The notes: generated by a model from the sequence alone, not told the origin. 64,000 bases of DNA from Gemmatimonadota bacterium (GCA_039587475.1 JBDHIK010000300.1:7045-71044); one strand, 5' to 3'. Shown: positions 1 to 7,655, counted from the stretch's first letter. Made by a program: numbers and translations.

Positions 1-1240
1 CGCGGATGGCGTCGGTGACAACGGCGCTGCTCTGGTGAGTTGCCGCCAGGGCCGGCGTCAATTGCGAAGCGTCATAATCGACCAGAGACTGGGGAACGTT
101 GACGTAGTGCCGAACCGCAGCATCCAGCGTCGTATACGCTCCATTGTGCATCCACGGGCCGGTGAGTTCCACGTTGCGGAGCGGAGGCGTGCGGAAGGCG
201 AATCGGTCGGTCGCATTCGCGGTTATCCGCTCCCGGCCGAAGTCCAGTGGGGCTTCAGGATTCTTGCCCGGACCGATGGCCGGGATGCCGATGTTGGCGA
301 ACTCCATGTCGGTGAGGTGGGGGCCGGAATGGCACTGGACACAACCCGCATCGCCGATGACCCCGAAGAAGAGCTGGGCGCCCCGCTTGGCCGGCGTGTC
401 CAAGGCATGGTCGTCGCCGGCAAGGTAGCGATCGAACGGGGATCCAGCGGAGTGCCACGTCGCCGCCTCGAACGCCGCGATGGCGTTGGCCGCGTGGGCA
501 ATGCCCGGCGCGGTGTTGCCCAGGGCAGGAAACGCCTCGCGAAACAGGGTGACGTACTCCGGGATTGCCAGCAACCGGTCCATGATTGCTTGCCACAGGC
601 CGATGAAATCGCTGTTGGGCACCATGGCCAATTCGTTGGGCGCCCCTCGCACGTCCACATCACCGGGCAGGCCCTTCATCTCCAACGGGCTCCCCACTGG
701 AAAAAGGGCTTGGGCGGCGAGGGGTCCTGAAAGACCCGTGGGAAGCAGCGCCCCTACCGTAGAGACCAGTGAGCCGTCGGGCTCCCGATGGATACTCCCA
801 TCCCAGAACATGGTCGTAAACTCCGGGGCTCCCCGGTTGAACAATTCCGGGGTGTGGCGCGGGACGAATCCCCGGCCGGGTCCGGGGTGCCGACCCGCCC
901 CCTGACCGATCCCCCCGGTGCCGACCGAGATGGACAGCGGTTCCGAGGTCGCGCTGCTGGGCGAGTGGCAGGTGCCGCAGGAGATGTCCCGGTTGCCGCT
1001 CAGTTCCTTGTCGAACATGAGAGCCTGACCAAGCCGGAGGAGCTCGGGACTGGCCACCGGACGGGCGCCGAGCGGCGCTACCCCGAACATCCGCAGCGCA
1101 TCACGCAATTGCTGGTCGGCAAGGGTGGGGCCGGTCGCCTCGCCGCGGCACCCGACAAGGACGACCATGAGGCCGGCAACGATGGCGGGTGCGGCCCTCC
1201 GCTCGGGGGCGGCACACCGGGAGGCTTGCTTCGATATCAC
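1..1240 (-). CDS. Di-haem cytochrome c peroxidase / MauG-family lipoprotein (C-terminus cut by window edge)
   Basis: Absent from the ORF track because it runs off the window. My reverse-strand translation from GTG at 1240 gives VISKQASRCAAPERRAAPAIVAGLMVVLVGC (signal peptide with lipobox LVGC). Two haem-c motifs follow, CGTCHS and CVQCHS, then a CCP-like stretch FRTPPLRNVELTGPWMHNGAY. The start is uncertain; an in-frame ATG lies at 1168. Confidence 0.8.
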   Translation of the reverse strand, partial: MISKQASRCAAPERRAAPAIVAGLMVVLVGCRGEATGPTLADQQLRDALRMFGVAPLGARPVASPELLRLGQALMFDKELSGNRDISCGTCHSPSSATSEPLSISVGTGGIGQGAGRHPGPGRGFVPRHTPELFNRGAPEFTTMFWDGSIHREPDGSLVSTVGALLPTGLSGPLAAQALFPVGSPLEMKGLPGDVDVRGAPNELAMVPNSDFIGLWQAIMDRLLAIPEYVTLFREAFPALGNTAPGIAHAANAIAAFEAATWHSAGSPFDRYLAGDDHALDTPAKRGAQLFFGVIGDAGCVQCHSGPHLTDMEFANIGIPAIGPGKNPEAPLDFGRERITANATDRFAFRTPPLRNVELTGPWMHNGAYTTLDAAVRHYVNVPQSLVDYDASQLTPALAATHQSSAVVTDAIR

Positions 1241-1285
1241 GGAACCACAGTCCCTTTCCTGCTCGAAAATCGGTCCGACGTCACC

Positions 1286-1319
1286 TGAAGAAGATAGCCG
1301 CGTCCTAGTGCCGACGCGG
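1286..1319 (-). terminator. Candidate intrinsic terminator downstream of the MscS gene
   Basis: 7-bp GC-rich stem (1298-1304 CCGCGTC pairs with 1313-1319 GACGCGG) and an 8-nt loop. On the minus-strand RNA it is followed by CUAUCUUCUUC. It sits about 40 nt after the stop at 1359. Confidence 0.4.
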
Positions 1320-1358
1320 GAGATCCCCGCCGGTGCCACCCGGCCGCGTCCGCCTCGG

Positions 1359-3203
1359 TCAGGCCGTACCGGCCCCGGCGTTCGTGACCTCGACCTCACG
1401 TCGCAGGTAGGGTCTGGCAATGCCGTCGGCCTCGAGCTGGTCCGTGATGAGCCGGGACACTTCCCAATAGACGGTCCAGTAATCCTCGGTGTTAACCCAC
1501 GGTCGGACGAGGAAGTGCACCGCCGAATCCGTCAGATCGTTGACGTCGATCTGCGGTGGTGGATCCTCGAGGACCAGGGGATGGGCGTTCAGCACCGTGC
1601 GAAACGAAACTTCAGCTTGAGCCGTCTGACTCCGGTCCCCGATTTCGAACGTGAGGTCGACGCGCCGGATGGGCTCGGCCGTCTTGTTGCGGATGACGTT
1701 GCTCCACACCTGGCGGTTGGGCACGATGAGCCGCTCGTGATCGAACGTGAGGATGGTGGTCGACACCAACGTCAGGTTCTTGACCGTGCCGGCGACGCCA
1801 GCGGCCTCGATGACGTCCCCGACATCGAATGGACGGTAGATGAGGATCATCATGCCGGAAGCGAAGTTCGACAGCGAGTCCTGCAGGGCGAAACCGACGA
1901 TGAAACCGGCGACTCCGAGGCCTGCCAGAACCGGGCCCACATGGATGCCCAGTTGCGAAAGGCCGATGAGGATGCCCAACAGGAACACCAGGTTGGCCGA
2001 CAGCGTCGCGACCATCTGCTTGAGGAGTGCGGGGACCCGGGTGTCATCGCGGTGGACCGCTGTGGTGACCACCTTCCGCGTAAGACGCGCCAGCAACCGG
2101 AACACGAACACGATCAGGACGAAGATCAGGAAGTTGAACACCATCTGCGGCGCGTTGGCGGCGATCCAATTCGTGATCGAGTCCCAGGCTTGCTGCAGCA
2201 AGCCGGTCGCCACCGTAATGTTCAGGACGTCTGTGGTCACGCGGCCGGTCGCTCTGATCAGCAGTTGCTTCTGTTCGGCTGCGTCGATGGCGCGTCGGTC
2301 CATACCGGCCACGATCGATGTCAACGACGTCGTGGCCGCGTTCAGGCGCTCCTGTGCCGCCGCCGATTCGAGCCGGATACTGGCCGCTTCGACTTCGTCC
2401 GTGACGTCGTTGAGTCGGTCGCCGAGACCTGCCACCACCCGGAGCGTGACGTCGATTTCGCCGGTCAGCCGGTCACTCCGCTGGCGCAGCAACGGATCGA
2501 GGTAGGCGTAGTCCGCCGTGGCGTCGACCTCGAGTGCCGTCTTGAGGTCGGCGATATTGATGAGAGCGATCAGGTTCTCATCGTATTCCCGTCCGGCCTG
2601 CGCCAGGTCGCGCTCGAAGGACAGAAGGCGGTCGGCCGGGACGGTGTCCCGGTTGGCGCGCATGTCCAGAATACGAGCGCCGATGGCGTCCAACTCGTCG
2701 CGAACCATGTTCCGGGCATCGTCCAGAATGATCACGGTCGTCGTGCGCGGGCCGGTCGCGTCGAGTCCGGCGTCCTCCATCTCCAGGATCACCGAGGTCA
2801 GTTGGCCCAACCGTGGACGTACTGCAGCAGCGCGTCGTTCAATCTGGCCGTCCACGACCAGACGCTCATCCCCTTCGGACACGGAGTACTGGACCAGCAG
2901 GCTCTCGATCTCGGCCCACATCGCCGAAACGTCCGCGGTCAGCGAGTCAGCGCGAGCGAGGAGCGCGGTGTTTCGCACGTCGACCGAGTCTTGGATTTGC
3001 CGCAACGAATCCTGGATTCGCTGCAACGAGTCCTGGCCCTGTTGGAGCGTGTCCGCGGCGACAGGATCGGTGGCGGTTGAGTCTGCGGTCGAGTCGCTCT
3101 GTGCCGCCGCGCCTCCGGGGTGCGCGGCGCGACTCACCAGGAGGAACAGCGCAATCAGGGACGAACGTCGCAGTCGTCGGGCGAGGGTGATCGGGTGCGG
3201 CAT
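1359..3203 (-). CDS. Mechanosensitive ion channel (MscS family) with long N-terminal coiled-coil/periplasmic region
   Basis: ORF 1359..3230. The C-terminal half has TM helices followed by the MscS beta-domain signature PFDVGDVIEAAGVAGTVKNLTLVSTTILTFDHERLIVPNRQVWSN. I prefer the ATG at 3203 (MPHPITLARRLRRSSLIALFLLVSRAAHPGGAAAQ, a signal-like N-terminus) over the TTG at 3230. Confidence 0.85.
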   Translation of the reverse strand: MPHPITLARRLRRSSLIALFLLVSRAAHPGGAAAQSDSTADSTATDPVAADTLQQGQDSLQRIQDSLRQIQDSVDVRNTALLARADSLTADVSAMWAEIESLLVQYSVSEGDERLVVDGQIERRAAAVRPRLGQLTSVILEMEDAGLDATGPRTTTVIILDDARNMVRDELDAIGARILDMRANRDTVPADRLLSFERDLAQAGREYDENLIALINIADLKTALEVDATADYAYLDPLLRQRSDRLTGEIDVTLRVVAGLGDRLNDVTDEVEAASIRLESAAAQERLNAATTSLTSIVAGMDRRAIDAAEQKQLLIRATGRVTTDVLNITVATGLLQQAWDSITNWIAANAPQMVFNFLIFVLIVFVFRLLARLTRKVVTTAVHRDDTRVPALLKQMVATLSANLVFLLGILIGLSQLGIHVGPVLAGLGVAGFIVGFALQDSLSNFASGMMILIYRPFDVGDVIEAAGVAGTVKNLTLVSTTILTFDHERLIVPNRQVWSNVIRNKTAEPIRRVDLTFEIGDRSQTAQAEVSFRTVLNAHPLVLEDPPPQIDVNDLTDSAVHFLVRPWVNTEDYWTVYWEVSRLITDQLEADGIARPYLRREVEVTNAGAGTA

Positions 3204-3339
3204 GGATCTGTCCGTGAGGGTCGCCGCCAATCTAACGGTCGGTTGGGGACCGGCGCTATCGTCTTGCCCGGGCGCGTGGCACCAGCGGCCTGAGCCCGTG
3301 GAGGGCCGTCTCGAATCGAGGCGAGATCCGGGTGGGGGA

Positions 3340-3371
3340 GGAGAAGAACCTATGGGGCCCCGAGGGACCCC
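3340..3371 (-). terminator. Hairpin plus U-rich tract just after the lasso precursor ORF
   Basis: Minus-strand RNA GGGGUCC-CUCG-GGGGCCCC (3371..3354) forms a 7-bp stem including one G-U pair, with a tetraloop. AUAGGUUCUUCUC follows. It lies 15 nt downstream of the TAA at 3386-3388. Confidence 0.35.
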
Positions 3372-3385
3372 TCAGGCACCAGTGG

Positions 3386-3526
3386 TTAGGAGCAGTTGGT
3401 CCCCTTGAAGGTACAGCCAAGGTTGCCGTCGATGCGCTGGAACCAGCCGTCATCGAGTCCACTCCAGCCCGCCATGGTCAGCTCTCGGAGCGTCCCAAAC
3501 CGGGTTACCGTGGGTTTCTTGTACAC
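3386..3526 (-). CDS. Lasso-peptide precursor (46 codons, below ORF-track cut-off)
   Basis: Hand translation from GTG at 3526-3524: (M)YKKPTVTRFGTLRELTM|AGWSGLDDGWFQRIDGNLGCTFKGTNCS*. A Shine-Dalgarno AGGAGGG lies 4 nt upstream. The leader matches the lasso recognition pattern Y(-17)xxP(-14)x[L/V](-12)xxxG(-8)xxxxxT(-2)x position for position. The core has Asp at positions 7 and 8. It lies 100 nt downstream of an Asn-synthetase-like (cyclase-type) gene on the same strand. Confidence 0.65.
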   Translation of the reverse strand: MYKKPTVTRFGTLRELTMAGWSGLDDGWFQRIDGNLGCTFKGTNCS

Positions 3527-3545
3527 CGATCCCTCCTGACAACTG

Positions 3546-3572
3546 GGGGTGGTCGGCGCTACGCCCCACCCC
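3546..3572 (-). promoter_or_regulatory. Stable RNA hairpin between cyclase stop and precursor RBS
   Basis: GGGGUGG/CCACCCC (7 bp) plus an inner GGCG/CGCC (4 bp, UAG loop) with a 2-nt bulge. It is 57 nt after the cyclase stop and 8 nt before the precursor SD. No clear U-tract follows, so its role (attenuator, processing site or mRNA stabiliser) is unknown. Confidence 0.3.
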
Positions 3573-3628
3573 AGCGGTGAGGCGCCTGTTCACGAGCGAA
3601 ACACCCGAAAACAGACCGAAGACTCCCG

Positions 3629-5512
3629 TCAGCTGTGGGAGTCAAGCCACATTTCCGTGGCAAACGCATCGTAGGCGGGAGGCCCCAGCGACCCGTTCCC
3701 AGCTGGGTCATCCAGGTATGCCCGGCACGAAGCAAGCAGTTTGCCCGGATCGATGATCCCGAGGTCCGCCAGGTGGGAACACACCCCGGCGGACTCCATC
3801 ATCTCCGATAGTGAATCTGGCAAAGTGCGGGCCAGATACCCGCCAGGAAGCCCGGTGCGCCTGGGCCTTGGCGCCACGACGTCGGCCGGGAGGAAGGACC
3901 GAGCTGCCTGGCGCAGGACCAGCTTGCCTTCGCCTCCTGCGGTCCTATACGGACGTGGGATCGATGCTGCGAATTGCACCAGGCGGCCATCATACAACGG
4001 GGACCTCAGGGCCACCCCTTCCCACAGCCCGATCGAATTCACCAGGGCGTTCACTCTGGCGCCAAACCCGGCCCTGAAATACCAACTCGTCTCCACGGAG
4101 GCCAGCGATTCCCCGGCCCGTCGTTCGACACGTTGGGCCAGCCGCTGGCCGAGGCCGCTCCGCGTCAGAAAATCTGAGCGGATCCACGGGGGCGGACGAT
4201 CCTGGAGGTAGTGAACCAGGGGCCGGCCTCCTCGCGCCAGCCCAGCCAGATCCAAAGCCGTCTGCGGGAGGTTGGGCTGCACGGCCCAGCGAAACAGGAA
4301 CCTGAACCCGGCCCCCCGGTACGCGCGCCGCCATTCGCGGTTCAGGAGTCCCCAGTGCAGTTGCCGCCACAGGTCCCCCAGGTAGACGGGGCTGACCTGA
4401 AACAGCTGATCACCACCGTTGCCACCGAGCGCCACGTGCGCGCCGGCACTTCGAGTGGTCCGCGCCAGTGCGCGATTCCACATCTCGAACTTGTGGGCGA
4501 ACGGCTCATCACGTTGTGCCGCTCGTTGGTACGGTCGGTCCAGCGGAGGCACGGCATCGACATCCGTCCACCGCACCTCGGCGTTCCAATGGGCGGCAGC
4601 CGACTCGATCCATGGATCTTCGTACCCCGGGTCGTCGGGCGGATACCGCATCGAGACCGGCGTCAGCCGCCGGCCCGCTGAGGAGCCCGCCCCGAACACG
4701 GCCGTCGAATCGTACCCACCGCTCATCCACACCGCGGGTCGGTCCACACCGTGTATCCGGGTGGTGACCGCATCGACGAGCAGCGCCTGCAGTTCCTCGG
4801 CGGATTCCTCGAAGGAACCGTGCGAGGGGCTCGTCCCGAAGATCGGTACTTCCCAGTGGGGCTCTGTCCTGGGAAGCCGATCCTGTTCCATCAGTAACGT
4901 CCATCCTGCCGGTAGTCGTTTGATGGCTCGATAACACGTTTCGTCTCGTACCGTGGTCGCGACTCCAGCCGCGTCCTCGGCCAGGGCGCAGAGGTTGTAC
5001 TCCCGGGAGACATCACACGATGCGAGTACGGCGCCGATCGACGAGGCGACCGAGACGATCCCGTCCGAATGGGCGTAGAACAACGGACGTGTACCGGCGA
5101 AGTCCCTGGCGGCGAGCAGGCGTCGGCGATCGCCATCCCAGAGAATGAACGCAAAATCCCCCTCGAGATGTCCTGGACACTCATCGCCCCAGTGATGATA
5201 GGCGTCGAGGATCAGACCGGCCTCAGTCGAGCTGCCGTCGGATCTCGCTTCGCACCGTCGCCGCAAGTCATCGAGGTAGTACAGCGACGCATCAGCTACC
5301 ACGATGACGTTCCCTCGTCTGGCCCACCCGGGCGCGGTTCCAAGCGTTCCGGCCTGTTCCCAGGCGAACGCGCCGAAGGCCAGGGCGCAATCCGGAGCAG
5401 AATCGACCGCTACCTCGTCACCGCGGTCCGACATACTCCGCATGGCCCTGCCGACCCGGTCAGCGAGAACCTTCCCCTGAGCCTTTCCCGTCACGGCGGC
5501 CACGCCACTCAT
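3629..5512 (-). CDS. Asparagine synthetase-like protein, probable lasso-peptide cyclase (McjC-type)
   Basis: ORF 3629..5674, trimmed to the ATG at 5512. The N-terminus MSGVAAV aligns with the AsnB MCGI start, but with Ser in place of the Cys nucleophile. AsnB-fold motifs are present: GDFAFILWDGDRRRLLAARDFAGTRPLFY and the PP-loop WMSGGYDSTAV. A lasso-type precursor lies directly downstream. Confidence 0.8.
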   Translation of the reverse strand: MSGVAAVTGKAQGKVLADRVGRAMRSMSDRGDEVAVDSAPDCALAFGAFAWEQAGTLGTAPGWARRGNVIVVADASLYYLDDLRRRCEARSDGSSTEAGLILDAYHHWGDECPGHLEGDFAFILWDGDRRRLLAARDFAGTRPLFYAHSDGIVSVASSIGAVLASCDVSREYNLCALAEDAAGVATTVRDETCYRAIKRLPAGWTLLMEQDRLPRTEPHWEVPIFGTSPSHGSFEESAEELQALLVDAVTTRIHGVDRPAVWMSGGYDSTAVFGAGSSAGRRLTPVSMRYPPDDPGYEDPWIESAAAHWNAEVRWTDVDAVPPLDRPYQRAAQRDEPFAHKFEMWNRALARTTRSAGAHVALGGNGGDQLFQVSPVYLGDLWRQLHWGLLNREWRRAYRGAGFRFLFRWAVQPNLPQTALDLAGLARGGRPLVHYLQDRPPPWIRSDFLTRSGLGQRLAQRVERRAGESLASVETSWYFRAGFGARVNALVNSIGLWEGVALRSPLYDGRLVQFAASIPRPYRTAGGEGKLVLRQAARSFLPADVVAPRPRRTGLPGGYLARTLPDSLSEMMESAGVCSHLADLGIIDPGKLLASCRAYLDDPAGNGSLGPPAYDAFATEMWLDSHS

Positions 5513-5646
5513 GGCCGAGGCTCTCCGGTCTCTTCTCGTCCTGGCGCGACCTGCCCCGGTCGAACACGTGAGACGTATGTTGCACATTGGGTGGGGACCG
5601 TACGGTCCCACGTGTACCTCACCGGCAGGCGTCTCCGGAGATCCGC

Positions 5647-6828
5647 ATGCGGCAGCAGCACGCCCTCCAGCCAATCACTCTGCGCCGACGCTGGTTGCCG
5701 GCAGTTACCCTGGCCGTCTGGGTGCTGCTGGTATGGTTGGTCCTGCGGCCGCGTCCGCCGCTGGAGCCGGTGAATTGTTGGGTCATCTGTTCCGGGTCTG
5801 CGGTGACGGATATCCTGGCGAATGTTCTGGCGTTCGGAGTTGCCACCTTCCTCCTGGTGCGGTCCGGCGTCCGCTGGTGGCCGGCAGCGCTTCTGGGCGT
5901 GGCGCTCGTGTTGGTCGCGGAGTTTCTTCAGTGGACGGTCTTGCAGGGTCGTGACCCCAACGTCGTCGATCTGGCCACCGGCTCGTTCGGGGCGGTCGTA
6001 GGCGCCATGATGGCCGCAATCGCCTGGCGAGGTGTTCGACCGTCGCGCCGCAGAATGATCCTGATGGGGGTGTGGTTCGGCTGGCAGGGTTGGATGGCGC
6101 TGACGGTATGGGCCTTCCTCCCGGTCGTTGGTCCGGCACCGTACTCCGTGGTCGTGACCCCGGCCGGACACGCCACAGGTATCGAAGTGGACGCGCAGGA
6201 ACGACACGAGAGCTTCCTCATCGACGGTCGGTTCCGGGCGCCCGAGCCGGGGAGGTACCGCACCCTCGCCGTGTTGCTCGACCGGAACGGATGGATCGCC
6301 GAGGTCGCCGTCTCGTGGCGTGGCCTGGTCGTGGGCACGCGCCTGCGGGGTGGGGCACTCGGGCTCGCCACGCCGGGACTGCACCTCATTCGCACGCTGC
6401 CCCCCGAGGGTGGAGGGCCGGTTGCCTTCACAGCTTGGCGGTCGCCACGGGAGTGGCACCTGGACGCATCCCGAGCGGGTTGGGCTGGCGTCGAAGACGT
6501 GGTCCCCAGTCCGTTGTGGGGCTGGGCGCTGTTGTATCCAGGACGTTATGCCATGGGCTGGGAACGTCACGTGTTCACCGGACTCTATGGTGTGCTGCTC
6601 GCGCTGTTCCTCGGGCTGACGACTCGATGGGCCGTCGGTGGCCGCCCCCTTCGCCTGATCCTGGTGGGATTGGCCACCGTGGCCTTCGGTCTCGGCGCCA
6701 TGCCGATGGCCCTGGGGAGCGCCGCCGCCGTCACGTGGCATTGGTTGGTGGTTCTCGGCGGGTACGTGCTGGGCGTGGCTCGGCTGCCGAGGCCACGGGG
6801 TAAGTCCAGTCTTCCTGAGGTGCCGTGA
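5647..6828 (+). CDS. Polytopic membrane protein of unknown function (N-terminal region weakly VanZ-like)
   Basis: ORF 5587..6828, start moved to the ATG at 5647 (MRQQHALQPITLRRRWLPAVTLAVWVLLVWLVL). It has several strongly hydrophobic helices at both ends, a soluble middle section of roughly 150 aa, and high GC3 in this frame. The 454-aa antisense ORF is R/P/G/H-rich and looks spurious. Confidence 0.6.
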   Translation: MRQQHALQPITLRRRWLPAVTLAVWVLLVWLVLRPRPPLEPVNCWVICSGSAVTDILANVLAFGVATFLLVRSGVRWWPAALLGVALVLVAEFLQWTVLQGRDPNVVDLATGSFGAVVGAMMAAIAWRGVRPSRRRMILMGVWFGWQGWMALTVWAFLPVVGPAPYSVVVTPAGHATGIEVDAQERHESFLIDGRFRAPEPGRYRTLAVLLDRNGWIAEVAVSWRGLVVGTRLRGGALGLATPGLHLIRTLPPEGGGPVAFTAWRSPREWHLDASRAGWAGVEDVVPSPLWGWALLYPGRYAMGWERHVFTGLYGVLLALFLGLTTRWAVGGRPLRLILVGLATVAFGLGAMPMALGSAAAVTWHWLVVLGGYVLGVARLPRPRGKSSLPEVP

Positions 6829-6839
6829 CGCCTTCCTCA

Positions 6840-7655
6840 CTATGGACCAAGCGACTCGCCGCAGTGCTTGCAATACCGGGCGTCAGGGGCGTGCCCGGCG
6901 CGATTGCAGGACCCGCACGACGGGCGTTGGCTGCTCATCCCGTGGGCTTTGGTGAGTTCCACGGTGACGATGCTGGTGGGTACCGCGATGATGGCGTAGC
7001 CCAGGATCATGACGAGCGAGGCCAGCGCCTGGCCCCATGGGGTGTGTGGCGTCACATCCCCGTATCCGACGGTCGTCAGTGTGACGATGGCCCAATAGAC
7101 GCTGCGCGGAATGCTCGTGAACCCGTTCGACGGGCCCTCGACCATGTACATGCCCGACCCGAGAATGACTGCAAGGGAGACGACCGCCAGGAAGAAGATG
7201 CTGATCTTGCGGCGGCTTTCCCTGAGTGCCACGATCAGCCGATCGGCCTCCCCCATGTACTGGACCAGCTTGAGGATGCGATAGACCCGCAGGACCCTCA
7301 GGATCCGGATGATCAGGAGATAGCGGCTGCTGGGCAGAATGATGCTGAGGTATGTCGGCAGGATCGACAGCAGTTCCACGATCCCGAAGAAGCTGATCGC
7401 GTAGCGCCACGGCTTGGGGTGACAGGCCAGCCGCAGGAGGTATTCGATGGTGAAGAGGATCGTGAAGGCCCATTCCGCAGCATAGAGAATGGGCCCCCAA
7501 CGGTCCCGGATCGCGGTCACCGAGTCGAGCATGACGGCTGCGACACTTATCAGGATGGCCCCGATCAGGATGAGATCGAAGGTCCGTCCCGCCCGGGTCG
7601 TGTGGCCGAAGATGATGGTGTACAGCGATGTGCGCCAGGAAGAGCGACTGTTCAT
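6840..7655 (-). CDS. Voltage-gated-type K+ channel with C-terminal zinc-ribbon
   Basis: ORF 6840..8027 trimmed to the ATG at 7655 (MNSRSSWRTSLYTIIFG). It has an S4-like helix LLIIRILRVLRVYRILKLVQY, the K+ selectivity filter TLTTVGYGDV, and a C-terminal CGSC-x11-CKHC motif. Confidence 0.8.
   Translation of the reverse strand: MNSRSSWRTSLYTIIFGHTTRAGRTFDLILIGAILISVAAVMLDSVTAIRDRWGPILYAAEWAFTILFTIEYLLRLACHPKPWRYAISFFGIVELLSILPTYLSIILPSSRYLLIIRILRVLRVYRILKLVQYMGEADRLIVALRESRRKISIFFLAVVSLAVILGSGMYMVEGPSNGFTSIPRSVYWAIVTLTTVGYGDVTPHTPWGQALASLVMILGYAIIAVPTSIVTVELTKAHGMSSQRPSCGSCNRAGHAPDARYCKHCGESLGP

Noticed and set aside
1125-3080. 651-aa plus-strand ORF
   Set aside because: It is antisense to the well-supported MscS gene. 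It is R/G/D/H-rich with no motif, typical of a high-GC shadow ORF.
3332-3580. 82-aa plus-strand ORF (and the 68-aa minus-strand ORF 3256..3462) over the lasso precursor region
   Set aside because: They have no RBS and no motif. The precursor frame on the minus strand has an SD, a conserved leader pattern and a fitting genomic context.
5509-6873. 454-aa minus-strand ORF upstream of the cyclase, checked as a possible B protein
   Set aside because: It is a Pro/Arg/Gly/His-rich low-complexity translation with no Cys-His-Asp peptidase or PqqD-like pattern. The opposite strand encodes coherent TM helices with strong GC3 bias.
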